64,000 bases of DNA from Nitrospira sp. (GTDB taxonomy: Bacteria > Nitrospirota > Nitrospiria > Nitrospirales > Nitrospiraceae): positions 17,413 to 81,412 of the forward strand of contig JAUYAO010000004.1 of the NCBI GenBank assembly GCA_030692565.1, in the 5' to 3' direction. How positions within the stretch are numbered: position 1 is the stretch's first letter; every line of letters starts with the position of its first letter. Positions 19,703-28,755 of this stretch are shown here, in pieces. Both the position numbers and the translations under genes were made by a program. The notes beneath the pieces are model-generated. The model was not told the origin of the DNA and did not search any database. It saw only the letters and a list, made by a program, of their open reading frames with translations.

Positions 19703-22111
19703 ATGCCTGGTGACGACCGGTTCGTTGAAATACAGCAGCCTTCGCGTCGTCCCTGGCGTTGGTGGCAGATCACCCTCTTGACGCTGTGTGCCCTCGGCAT
19801 TGTGGGCGTCACGGCTGCGGCTGGCGTGATCTGGCATTTGGCTCAGGATCTTCCCCCCTTGGACCTCTTGCAGGGGTATCAACCGAGTTTGGTCACGACG
19901 GTCTATGCCGACGATCGGCAGCCGATTGGCCAGTTCTTTATCGAGCGGCGGACGCTGACCCCTCTGGACCACATTCCGAAAACATTGACGCATGCCGTGA
20001 TTGCGACGGAAGACGTGCGGTTTTTCGAGCATCCTGGGCTGGACTATATCGGGATTTTGCGAGCTGCGTGGACCAACCTTCGCCACGGCGGGAAGAAGGT
20101 GGAAGGGGCAAGCACGATTACGCAGCAATTGGCGCGGTCTCTCTTCTTGTCCGCAGAGCGATCGTATGATCGGAAGCTGCGGGAGTTGATCCTGGCCTAT
20201 AAGATGGAAGCGGTGTCCACGAAAGAGCAGATTCTTGAAACCTATTTGAACCAGATCTATTTCGGTCAGGGGTCCTACGGAGTGGCATCCGCGGCGCAAT
20301 CGTATTTCGGAAAAGAGATCGAAAAACTCACGCTCGCCGAGTCCGCGTTTCTCGGCGGACTGCCGAAGTCGCCGAGCCGGTTCTCCCCGTTCACGAACTA
20401 CGAGCGGGCGAAGAAGCGTCAGGAGCATGTGCTCGCGCGTATGGAAGAGGCGGGATTCATTTCCGTCGCTGAGCGCGATGCCGCGATCGCAGAGGAATTG
20501 AAGTTCCGTCGGCCTGGCAGTGAGCACATTGCGCCCTATTTCGTCGAACATGTGCGCCAGCAGCTGGTCGCAAAATACGGCGAATCGATGGTGTACAAGG
20601 GCGGGTTGCAGATCTTCACCACGCTGAATCTGGAAATGCAGCGAGCTGCGGAGAGTGCGTTTCTTGCGGGCGTGCGGGATCTCGATAAACGCCAAGGGTG
20701 GCGTGGCCCAAAGAAGACAGTCGATCTTGCGACGGTGCAAATCCCCGGGGCTCCGCTTTCGGATCAACCGATCAAGGCCGGGGATTTTCTTGAGGGCATC
20801 GTGCTGAAGCAGGCGAAGGATCACTATGTCGTCCAACTCGGGGATCAGACGGCCAAGCTTCTATTCGACGATATGGCCTGGGCCAAACGTGTGTTGAAAG
20901 GGACTGATCCAACACAGGATGTGGTGGTGACGCCTGACGTCAAGAAAGCCTTGAAGCCGGGCGATGTGATTGAGGTCAGCGTCAAGAAACTCGCCAAGGA
21001 CGGGATGCAATTGACTCTGGAGCAGACGCCGATTGTCGAAGGTGGGCTGGTTGCGGTTGACCCTCGGACGGGGGCTATTCGTGCCATGGTGGGTGGCTAC
21101 GATTTTTCCCGCAGCGAATATAACCGCGCGGTCCAGGCCCGCCGGCAGCCCGGCTCAGCGTTTAAGCCGGTGATCTACGCCACGGCGATGGCGCAGGGGA
21201 TGAGTCCTGCGACGCAAATTCTCGATGCGCCGGTGGTGTACGAGCAGGAAGCCGACGATAAAATCTGGAAGCCGGAGAACTATGGACGGAAATTCCACGG
21301 GATGGTGACGCTGCGCGATGCCCTGGCGCACTCACATAATCTGGCCACCGTGCGATTGCTGGACAAGGTGGGCATCAAGAATGTCATTGAGTTTGCGCGA
21401 ACGGTCGGCGTCACAAGTCCGCTTCCCGCAGATTTATCCCTGGGGTTGGGATCGTCCTCTATCGGGCTGCTGGAACTGACCTCGGTCTACGGCGTGTTTC
21501 TGAACAAGGGGACGAGAGCCGAGCCCTTTGCGATTAAGGTGGCCAAGGACAGTACCGGCAAGACACTTGAAGCCATGGAGGATCAGCCGCACGAACTCAT
21601 CGCGAAGGAGACGGCCTATCTGATCACCAACATGATGGAAGATGTGATTCAGAAAGGGACCGGTCAGGCGGCGAAGGTGATCGATCGACCGATCGCCGGC
21701 AAGACCGGCACAACGAACGAATACATCAATGCCTGGTTTATCGGTGGAGCTCCGAACTTGGTAACGGGGGTATATGTCGGATTTGACGATCGCCGGCCCT
21801 TGGGAGAAAGCGAGACCGGTGCCCGTTCGGCGCTGCCGATTTGGATCCAGTTCATGAAGGAGGCCTTGCTCCAATTGCCGGTGGTGCCGTTTGAAATTCC
21901 TGAAGGCATCACCTATGTAAAAGTCGATCCGACCACCGGGCTGCTGGAGTCGGAGCAGGAAGGGGACGGAGAGAAAGGCTCAGTCGAGCTGTTCGCCAAA
22001 GGAAGCGAACCCACCCAATCGGCTGCGCGCCGTCTCGGGCCGACCGATTTCTATAAGCTGGATCAGATTCCTGAAGGGGGGCCTGTCGGGGAGGGTATCG
22101 CTTCGCCGTGA
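19703..22111 (+). CDS. mrcA: penicillin-binding protein 1A (bifunctional transglycosylase/transpeptidase)
   Basis: GT51 motifs (EDVRFFEHPG, GASTITQQLAR), transpeptidase motifs (SAFKP, SHN, KTGTT), and an N-terminal TM anchor. Confidence 0.92.
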   Translation: MPGDDRFVEIQQPSRRPWRWWQITLLTLCALGIVGVTAAAGVIWHLAQDLPPLDLLQGYQPSLVTTVYADDRQPIGQFFIERRTLTPLDHIPKTLTHAVIATEDVRFFEHPGLDYIGILRAAWTNLRHGGKKVEGASTITQQLARSLFLSAERSYDRKLRELILAYKMEAVSTKEQILETYLNQIYFGQGSYGVASAAQSYFGKEIEKLTLAESAFLGGLPKSPSRFSPFTNYERAKKRQEHVLARMEEAGFISVAERDAAIAEELKFRRPGSEHIAPYFVEHVRQQLVAKYGESMVYKGGLQIFTTLNLEMQRAAESAFLAGVRDLDKRQGWRGPKKTVDLATVQIPGAPLSDQPIKAGDFLEGIVLKQAKDHYVVQLGDQTAKLLFDDMAWAKRVLKGTDPTQDVVVTPDVKKALKPGDVIEVSVKKLAKDGMQLTLEQTPIVEGGLVAVDPRTGAIRAMVGGYDFSRSEYNRAVQARRQPGSAFKPVIYATAMAQGMSPATQILDAPVVYEQEADDKIWKPENYGRKFHGMVTLRDALAHSHNLATVRLLDKVGIKNVIEFARTVGVTSPLPADLSLGLGSSSIGLLELTSVYGVFLNKGTRAEPFAIKVAKDSTGKTLEAMEDQPHELIAKETAYLITNMMEDVIQKGTGQAAKVIDRPIAGKTGTTNEYINAWFIGGAPNLVTGVYVGFDDRRPLGESETGARSALPIWIQFMKEALLQLPVVPFEIPEGITYVKVDPTTGLLESEQEGDGEKGSVELFAKGSEPTQSAARRLGPTDFYKLDQIPEGGPVGEGIASP

Positions 22112-22115
22112 GTTG

Positions 22116-22328
22116 TTAGGATTGTGAGTCTTGGTATTCCTCATGCCAGGCCATCTGAATCGCTTCGAGGATCTTCTCGTTCGACTTCTTGGGATCATCT
22201 TTAAAATCCGGCAGTGCCACGATCCAGGCGTGCATGTCCGTGAATCGAACGGCCAGCGGATCCGCGTCCGGGTGTTTCTCGACCAGTCGAATCGCAATAT
22301 CTTCCGTATTCTGCCACTTCAAATCCAT
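22116..22328 (-). CDS. iscX: Fe-S assembly protein IscX
   Basis: 70 aa: MDLKWQNTEDIAIRLVEKHPDADPLAVRFTDMHAWIV... This is the typical IscX/YfhJ sequence, and the gene is the last one of the isc operon. Confidence 0.85.
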   Translation of the reverse strand: MDLKWQNTEDIAIRLVEKHPDADPLAVRFTDMHAWIVALPDFKDDPKKSNEKILEAIQMAWHEEYQDSQS

Positions 22329-22350
22329 CGGGTATCCTCGTTATCAGGGA

Positions 22351-24171
22351 TTACGTAACTTCAGAGACCTTTTTGCCTTGCAGCCCTCGCTTGAGGGAAT
22401 CGTCCAACATGGCTACAGTCAGGCCTTTCGCGGCTTGTTCAAGCTCGGCCATGCGAGCGCGGATGGCGCGGGGGTCGTTCCCATCCTTGGCCGCAGCCAG
22501 TGCCGAGAGTACTTGGCGAATGGCGGTGACCTCGGCGGCGGAGATGAGCTGCCCGCCGTCGGTTAAGGACTTTTCCGTGGTGATGATCAAGGCTCCGGCG
22601 TCGAGCCGGGCTTCAATCAACTTTCGCGCGCTGACATCGTCTGCGGCGAACTTGAAGGAGTCTTCGATCATCCGCTCCACTTCTTGATCCGACAACCCGT
22701 AGGAGGGTTTGACCTCGATCGACTGGGTTTCACCGGTGCGCATGTCTTTGGCCATGACGTTCAGAATGCCGTTGGCATCGATCAGGAAGGTCACTTCGAT
22801 GCGCGGCACTCCCGCTGGCAGCGGCGGAACTTTCAACCGAAAACGGGCCAGGCTGCGGTTGTCTTTCGCCAGTTCCCGTTCGCCCTGGAGAATGTGGATG
22901 TCTACGCCGGTCTGTCCGTCCACATAGGTGGTGAACATCTCCTTGGCGCTGGCGGGAATTGTCGTGTTGCGGCGGATGAGGCTGCTCATGACCCCGCCCA
23001 TCGTTTCGATGCCCAGCGAAAGAGGCGTCACGTCGAGGAGGAGCATGTCGGTCGTGCCGCCGCTCAGAATATCGGCCTGCACGGCGGCGCCGAGGGCCAC
23101 GACTTCGTCCGGGTTGAGCTCGCAATGCGGTTGCGTGCCAAAGAGAGCCTGCACGCGTTGACGGACCAGCGGCATGCGGGTCGAGCCGCCGACGAGCACA
23201 ACTTCGTCGATGTCGGCTGCAGTCAGCCCCGCATCCTTGAGGGCGAGACGGCAGGGTCCCAGCGTACGTTCCACCAGGGCGTTGCAGAGCGACTCCAGGT
23301 GTTCGCGCGTGAGTTCGCGGGTGAACAGACCCTTGCCGTCAGGAAGTTCGAGGTTCACGGTGGTCTTGAGTTCGTCCGAGAGGCGGATTTTTGCCCGCTC
23401 GGCTTCAAGCCGGATTCCCTGCATATGATCGGGATGAGCCTTGAGGTCGAGCCCGTACTGCTGGCGAATGTCCGCGACGAAGATGTCGGCGATCAACTGG
23501 TCGAAGTCGTCGCCGCCCAGGTGGGTGTCTCCATTGGTGGCAAGCACTTCGAAGATACCGTTCTTCAACTTCAAGATTGATATATCGAAAGTCCCGCCGC
23601 CGAGATCGTAGACCGCGATGGTTCCCTGCGTCTTTTCTTGGAGCCCATAAGCCAACGAGGCTGCGGTTGGCTCATTGATGATGCGCAGAACCTCAAGCCC
23701 CGCGATCATACCGGCGTCTTTGGTGGCCTGGCGCTGGCTGTCGTTGAAGTAGGCGGGGACGGTGATGACGGCTTTGGTGATGCTCTCACCGAGAAAGGCT
23801 TCCGCCCGGAGCTTCAACTCCTTCAGGATCATGGCGGAAATCTGCGGCGGCGAATAGGTCTTCTCGCCGAGCTTGATCCGGATGACTCCGCCTTTCTCGG
23901 TGAGCGTATAGGGAAAGTAGGCCAGTTCGTCCTGAACGTCGGCCAGGCCCTTGCCCATGAACCGCTTCACGGAATAGACGGTCCGCTCGGGGTTTCTGGT
24001 CAGGTGTTCTTTCGCCGGATCGCCGACGATGAGCCCGTTATCGGTCAGCGCAACGACGGAGGGGACCATGGCCCGCTCGTGGCGTCCTGCGATGACACGG
24101 GGCGTGCCCTCGTCCATATAGGCGACAAGGGAGTTCGTTGTTCCGAGATCTATGCCGACGATGCGTGCCAT
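22351..24171 (-). CDS. hscA: Fe-S cluster assembly chaperone HscA (Hsp70 family)
   Basis: Hsp70 signatures (IGIDLGTTNS, DLGGGTFD, VVLVGGSTRMP) in an isc operon context. Confidence 0.93.
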   Translation of the reverse strand: MARIVGIDLGTTNSLVAYMDEGTPRVIAGRHERAMVPSVVALTDNGLIVGDPAKEHLTRNPERTVYSVKRFMGKGLADVQDELAYFPYTLTEKGGVIRIKLGEKTYSPPQISAMILKELKLRAEAFLGESITKAVITVPAYFNDSQRQATKDAGMIAGLEVLRIINEPTAASLAYGLQEKTQGTIAVYDLGGGTFDISILKLKNGIFEVLATNGDTHLGGDDFDQLIADIFVADIRQQYGLDLKAHPDHMQGIRLEAERAKIRLSDELKTTVNLELPDGKGLFTRELTREHLESLCNALVERTLGPCRLALKDAGLTAADIDEVVLVGGSTRMPLVRQRVQALFGTQPHCELNPDEVVALGAAVQADILSGGTTDMLLLDVTPLSLGIETMGGVMSSLIRRNTTIPASAKEMFTTYVDGQTGVDIHILQGERELAKDNRSLARFRLKVPPLPAGVPRIEVTFLIDANGILNVMAKDMRTGETQSIEVKPSYGLSDQEVERMIEDSFKFAADDVSARKLIEARLDAGALIITTEKSLTDGGQLISAAEVTAIRQVLSALAAAKDGNDPRAIRARMAELEQAAKGLTVAMLDDSLKRGLQGKKVSEVT

Positions 24172-24176
24172 GGTGA

Positions 24177-24899
24177 TTATGCGATGGTGGCGACGAGGTC
24201 GTTGACGATGTTCTTGACGTAGGTGCGGTTGGAGAGGATGTCCCGCATATCTTTCAGAATACGGTCCCGTTCGGTGCGCGCCTGTTCGGTGGCTTCGCCG
24301 CGGTCTTGTAGCTCATCCCACCGGCCGAAGAGTTGGTGAAGTTGGGTTTCCATATCTCGTTGCCGACCCTCAAGCGTGGTGCGTTCGGATTGGAGCTGTG
24401 AACGGAGCGCAGCGGCAGCGTCGGAGGTCCGGTCACTGGCGCGGAATTCATCGAGCGTGTCCTGGAGTTCGAGGATTTCTTCGAAGAGGTCGGCGGGCGG
24501 TGTCGTCCGGATCTCTTTCACCGAGCCGGCTTCGAGGTCCAGCAGATATTCGGCTCGCTGAATCGGATCCCGCAGCGTGCGATAGGCGGTATTCAGCATG
24601 GCCGAGTTGCCGAGGCTGATGGTCTGCTCCGCATCGCTCTTATTCTGGTAAAAGTCGGGATGGAACGCCCGGCTCAATTCGTAGAATTTGGTTTCCATCT
24701 GTTGCTGATCGAGGGCCAATCGGCGGGGAATGCCGAAGCAGGTGAAGTAGTCCAATTCCTTCGACACCGGCTGGACCTTCACGCAGCGATCGCAAAAGTA
24801 TTCTCCCGAGACCTCGGATTGGCAGTGCCAGCACATACTGCGAGCCATTTGCAGCTCGCGCCGGTCACCGGTGCTATGGGTATGATTGTGTCCATCCAT
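24177..24899 (-). CDS. hscB: co-chaperone HscB with N-terminal tetracysteine zinc-finger-like extension
   Basis: J-domain (YELSRAFHPDFY) plus a C-terminal helical domain. The N-terminus carries CWHC-x9-CDRC. The start could instead be the internal MARSM. Confidence 0.85.
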   Translation of the reverse strand: MDGHNHTHSTGDRRELQMARSMCWHCQSEVSGEYFCDRCVKVQPVSKELDYFTCFGIPRRLALDQQQMETKFYELSRAFHPDFYQNKSDAEQTISLGNSAMLNTAYRTLRDPIQRAEYLLDLEAGSVKEIRTTPPADLFEEILELQDTLDEFRASDRTSDAAAALRSQLQSERTTLEGRQRDMETQLHQLFGRWDELQDRGEATEQARTERDRILKDMRDILSNRTYVKNIVNDLVATIA

Positions 24900-24912
24900 G
24901 GGCGGTACTCGT

Positions 24913-25269
24913 TTAAGCCGAAAAAGACTCTCCGCAGCCGCAGGTTTTGTTGGCGTTCGGATTCACGAACTTGAAATTCCCGCCCATCAGGTCCTTGTGA
25001 AAGTCCATCTGGGTGCCTTGCAGGTAGATCGCACTCTTGGCGTCCACAATGATCTTCACGCCGTCGAAGTCATAGACCTGGTCGTATTGGCCGATCTTTT
25101 CGTCGAAGTTGATGGTATAGCTCAGACCGGAGCAGCCGCCCCCTTTGACGCCGAGGCGGAGGCCGCCTTCTTCGATGCCTTGGACATTGATCAGGCGCTT
25201 CACTTCCTTAATCGCTGCATCGGTGAGCGAAATGACCGGGGTCTGGGCTTCCGTATTCGTGGCGTCCAT
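24913..25269 (-). CDS. iscA: Fe-S cluster insertion protein IscA
   Basis: GGCSG and the C-terminal CGCGESF motif. The ATG at 25269 avoids overlap with iscU. Confidence 0.9.
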   Translation of the reverse strand: MDATNTEAQTPVISLTDAAIKEVKRLINVQGIEEGGLRLGVKGGGCSGLSYTINFDEKIGQYDQVYDFDGVKIIVDAKSAIYLQGTQMDFHKDLMGGNFKFVNPNANKTCGCGESFSA

Positions 25270-25288
25270 AGTGCGTTCCCTTCTGCCG

Positions 25289-25672
25289 TTACTTTGTGTC
25301 GGCTTTCTTCTGATAGTCGGCCAGTGCCGCCTTGATCGCATCCTCAGCCAGAACCGAACAGTGGATCTTGACCGGTGGCAGGTTCAATTCATGAACGATG
25401 TCGGTGTTCTTAATCTTTTGGGCCTCTTCGATGGTCTTGCCCTTGAGCCATTCGGTGGCCAGGCTGGAGCTGGCAATGGCGGAGCCGCAGCCGAAGGTTT
25501 TGAACTTGGCATCGACGATCGTATCGTTCTGGACCTTGATCTGCAGCTTCATGACGTCGCCGCACTCGGGCGCACCGACCATCCCAGTTCCCACGCCCTC
25601 TTCGTCTTTCTTGAAGCTCCCCATGTTCCGGGGATTATTGAAATGATCAACGACTTTGTCACTGTATGCCAT
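25289..25672 (-). CDS. iscU: Fe-S scaffold protein IscU
   Basis: GAPECGDVMKLQI ... FGCGSAIASSS ... LPPVKIHCS. Confidence 0.95.
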   Translation of the reverse strand: MAYSDKVVDHFNNPRNMGSFKKDEEGVGTGMVGAPECGDVMKLQIKVQNDTIVDAKFKTFGCGSAIASSSLATEWLKGKTIEEAQKIKNTDIVHELNLPPVKIHCSVLAEDAIKAALADYQKKADTK

Positions 25673-25712
25673 GGTGCGTCCTCCTCGTGTCTATCTGAGT
25701 CAGTGGGCTGGA

Positions 25713-26930
25713 TCAGTGGGCCGCCCACTGAACGGATTTCAAATCGACCCCTTCTTTGGCCATTTCGTACAATGGAGACATTTCACGCAGCTTCGTGACG
25801 ATCTCAATAACCTTCTTGATCGTGTAGTCAATCTCTTCATCCGTATTGAAGCGGCCAAGGCCGAAGCGGATGGACGAGTGGGCGAGTTCCACGCCGACGC
25901 CCAAAGCCCGCAGGACGTAGGACGGTTCCAGCGTCGCCGAGGTGCAGGCCGAGCCGGACGAGAGCGCGATGTCCTTCATGCCCATCAGGAGCGATTCGCC
26001 TTCGACGTAGGCGAAGGAAATATTCAGGTTATGCGGCAAGCGCTGAGTCGGATGGCCGTTGAGATAGGCTTCGTCAATCTCTTTCATGATGCCGGCCTGC
26101 AGGCGATCGCGCATCGCAGCCAGACGTACCGATTCCGTGGCCATTTCCTGCTCGCACAATTCGCAGGCTTTGCCGAATCCGACGATCATCGGCACCGGCA
26201 GAGTGCCGGAGCGCATGCCGCGCTCGTGTCCGCCGCCGTCCATTTGCGCGGCGATCCGCACGCGGGGGTTCTTCTTTCGGACATAGAGGGCGCCGACACC
26301 TTTCGGGCCATAGATCTTATGGGCCGAGAACGACATCAGGTCGATCCCCATATCCTGCACATCGACCGGGATTTTGCCGACGCCTTGCGTCGCATCGCAA
26401 TGGAAGAGCACGCCCTTTCCCTTGGCGATCTTGCCGATTTCCTTCACCGGGTTAATCGTGCCGATTTCATTGTTGGCGAGCATCACGGAAATCAGGACCG
26501 TCTTGTCCGTGATCGCCTTCCGCACATCTTCCGGATTCACCATGCCGAATTTATCCACCGGGAGATAGGTCGCCGTCGCTTTGCCCTTCGCTTCGAGGGC
26601 CTTGGCGGTGTCGATGACTGCGCGGTGTTCGGTCGAGGAGGTGATGATATGATCGCCCTTCTCCTTGTACATCTCCAGCACGCCCTTGATCGCCAGATTG
26701 TCCGATTCAGTCGCGCCGCTGGTGAAGACGATTTCCTTGGAATCAGCCTTAATCAGCTTCGCGATCTGCTTGCGGGCATTTTCAACCGCTTCTTCTGCCG
26801 CCCAGCCGAAGGCATGGTTGCGGCTGGCGGCGTTGCCGAACTTCTCGATGAAGTAGGGCAGCATGGCCTCCAGCACCCGGGGATCCATCGGGGAGGTTGA
26901 ATGATTATCCAGGAAAATAGGGAGCTTCAT
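25713..26930 (-). CDS. iscS: cysteine desulfurase IscS
   Basis: 405 aa. [12 protein letters not shown] carries the PLP lysine and SSGSACTS carries the active-site Cys loop. Confidence 0.95.
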   Translation of the reverse strand: MKLPIFLDNHSTSPMDPRVLEAMLPYFIEKFGNAASRNHAFGWAAEEAVENARKQIAKLIKADSKEIVFTSGATESDNLAIKGVLEMYKEKGDHIITSSTEHRAVIDTAKALEAKGKATATYLPVDKFGMVNPEDVRKAITDKTVLISVMLANNEIGTINPVKEIGKIAKGKGVLFHCDATQGVGKIPVDVQDMGIDLMSFSAHKIYGPKGVGALYVRKKNPRVRIAAQMDGGGHERGMRSGTLPVPMIVGFGKACELCEQEMATESVRLAAMRDRLQAGIMKEIDEAYLNGHPTQRLPHNLNISFAYVEGESLLMGMKDIALSSGSACTSATLEPSYVLRALGVGVELAHSSIRFGLGRFNTDEEIDYTIKKVIEIVTKLREMSPLYEMAKEGVDLKSVQWAAH

Positions 26931-27400
26931 TGTGCGACTCCTTGTGCCGTGGGAGACTGAATCGTGATGAGAGGTGTTCCGCCCATCATGTCTTGCAACG
27001 TCATATTGTTGAGAAGCTGATAAATGCTGTCTTGTACCTTGAGCAGCGGTGTGCGGATGTTGCAGTGCTCGCGCTGGAGGCAGAGTTCGCCTTCTTTTTC
27101 ATGCGAGCAATCCGTAATGCCCAGCGGCCCTTCGATACCTTCGAGAATCTGCGCGATCGTAATCTGTCTGGTGCTGCGGGCCAGGACGTAACCGCCCTTG
27201 GGACCGTTATGGCTTTCGATCAGCCCGTTCTTCGCCAAGGTCTGAAGCACCTTTGCTAAGAGTTCGAGCGGGATGTGGTACTCTTCTGCGATTTCTTTCG
27301 TATTTACAACCCGGCCCGGAGTCACGTCACCGAATTGCACCGAGGCGATGTGCTGGAGGGCCATGAGGGCGTAGTCAGCTTTTTTTGAAATCTTCAACAT
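26927..27400 (-). CDS. iscR: Rrf2-family regulator IscR
   Basis: Rrf2 wHTH N-terminus ([15 protein letters not shown]) and three Cys (C-x8-C-x5-C). Overlaps the iscS start by 4 nt. Confidence 0.85.
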   Translation of the reverse strand: MLKISKKADYALMALQHIASVQFGDVTPGRVVNTKEIAEEYHIPLELLAKVLQTLAKNGLIESHNGPKGGYVLARSTRQITIAQILEGIEGPLGITDCSHEKEGELCLQREHCNIRTPLLKVQDSIYQLLNNMTLQDMMGGTPLITIQSPTAQGVAQ

Positions 27401-27408
27401 GCCTATTG

Positions 27409-27457
27409 CCGATCATTGAGATCGGAGACTATAATGATCTCCGATCAATAAGGTCGG
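27409..27457. promoter_or_regulatory. nested palindromes in the iscR / fdx divergent intergenic region (candidate IscR operator or leader structure)
   Basis: CCGATC-attga-GATCGGAGA-ctataatga-TCTCCGATC-aataag-GTCGG. The perfect 9-bp inverted repeat GATCGGAGA/TCTCCGATC brackets a TATAAT hexamer. Confidence 0.4.
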
Positions 27458-27532
27458 ACTAAAGATACCACGCAACTTTTAGAGCTGTCAACAACGGAAT
27501 CCAGCATTTTCCGGAGAGAAAGGATCAAGCAT

Positions 27533-27949
27533 ATGGGAGGCACCAACCCTTATATCGAAAAGACGGAATATGAGCTTCCCCGATCCTCCTATACCATTAC
27601 GTATATCGAGCCGGACGGCACCGTGACCAAGGTCGCCGTTGATCCGGCAAAGATTCCCTATGGCCCAACCGGATTGCCGGGAAGCATTCTTGACATAGCG
27701 ATGGCCAACGGGGTGGATCTGGAGCATGTGTGTGGGGGGGTCTGTGCCTGCTCGACCTGCCATGTGATCGTCAAGCAAGGGCTTGAGAGCTGCAGCGAAG
27801 GGACTGACGATGAATTCGATCAGCTAGACGAGGCTCCGATTACGACATTGCAGTCTCGACTCGGTTGCCAATGTGTGCCGAACGGCACAAAGGACATCGT
27901 GGTGGAGATTCCCGCCGTGAACAAGAATCTCGTCAGGGAAGGGCACTAA
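27533..27949 (+). CDS. fdx: [2Fe-2S] ferredoxin, ISC/adrenodoxin type, with about 30-aa N-terminal extension
   Basis: CGGVCACSTCHV ... LGCQ cysteine pattern (C-x5-C-x2-C...C). Confidence 0.8.
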   Translation: MGGTNPYIEKTEYELPRSSYTITYIEPDGTVTKVAVDPAKIPYGPTGLPGSILDIAMANGVDLEHVCGGVCACSTCHVIVKQGLESCSEGTDDEFDQLDEAPITTLQSRLGCQCVPNGTKDIVVEIPAVNKNLVREGH

Positions 27950-28671
27950 TCGAAGGTTTCTGTCTTCACGTCCTTCCGGTCGTATCCGTATTCCATCAAC
28001 GCCGCGCGTAAGGGCCGGACAAATCCCTTGGTGCCGCTGATCATCGGGATGACTTTCGGTTGTCCTTCCACGAGGGGGCGCAACATCGCCGCTGTTTGCG
28101 CGACCGCCTCTGCTTCTCCGCCCGGTGCGACTAGGGGCAAGTAGCGGAAGGAAGGGGAATGAACGGCCATGGTGAGCAATTCCTGATGAAACAACAGCTC
28201 GTCCTCCGACGGCGCCACTGCGATGAGGAGCACTGAGGTGATCGCGTGGGCTGCGACCAGTTGTTTCAGGAGGCAGCGAATCGGGACGAGACCGGTATAG
28301 CGGGCGATGAAGAGCAGTTCCCGATCCAGGGGCATCGGCAGCACAAAGTTCCCATAAGGGCCTGAGAGCGGAATTTCATCGCCGGATTTCAGCTGATAGA
28401 GGTAATTCGAGCCAATCCCCTCAGGGATGCGGTCAAACACCAGCGTCAACTCACCGTAGGGAGAAGAAGGATCGGCCATTGAGTAGGCGCGATTGAGCGG
28501 GGGCTTGGCTCCAACCGGCAACTTGACCGAGACCCATTGTCCCGGCTGAAACACAATCTTCTGCTGGAGCGGGCGAAGGACCAGTTGCCGCACATGGGGT
28601 GTGAGATCGAGCGTGGAGAGCACGACGGCTGGTTGGGTAAGTTCTGCCATACGACCGGTGTCTATCCTCAT
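27946..28671 (-). CDS. ferredoxin-NADP reductase-like FAD/NAD(P)-binding oxidoreductase
   Basis: RAYSMAD (RxYS FAD motif), GPYG, and an NAD-binding half. The alternative start is the ATG at 28650. Confidence 0.7.
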   Translation of the reverse strand: MRIDTGRMAELTQPAVVLSTLDLTPHVRQLVLRPLQQKIVFQPGQWVSVKLPVGAKPPLNRAYSMADPSSPYGELTLVFDRIPEGIGSNYLYQLKSGDEIPLSGPYGNFVLPMPLDRELLFIARYTGLVPIRCLLKQLVAAHAITSVLLIAVAPSEDELLFHQELLTMAVHSPSFRYLPLVAPGGEAEAVAQTAAMLRPLVEGQPKVIPMISGTKGFVRPLRAALMEYGYDRKDVKTETFD

Positions 28672-28755
28672 AGCAGAACCGGCCTGATTCTGTACAACAC
28701 TTTTCCCTGCGTGCTATAGATACCGGCCTTTCCACCCCACTAATGAGATGAATGC

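Noticed and set aside
19433-20836. 467-aa minus-strand ORF
   Set aside because: Antisense to the PBP1A gene, which has all GT51 and transpeptidase motifs. The product is Arg-rich and low-complexity.
28655-28729. Inverted repeat CCGGTGTCTAT / ATAGATACCGG and direct ACCGGCCT repeats between the reductase gene and gltX
   Set aside because: One arm lies inside the first codons of the reductase ORF if the upstream start is used. The repeats are short and built on CCGG/GGCC, which is common in this GC-rich genome. Noted only as a weak candidate.
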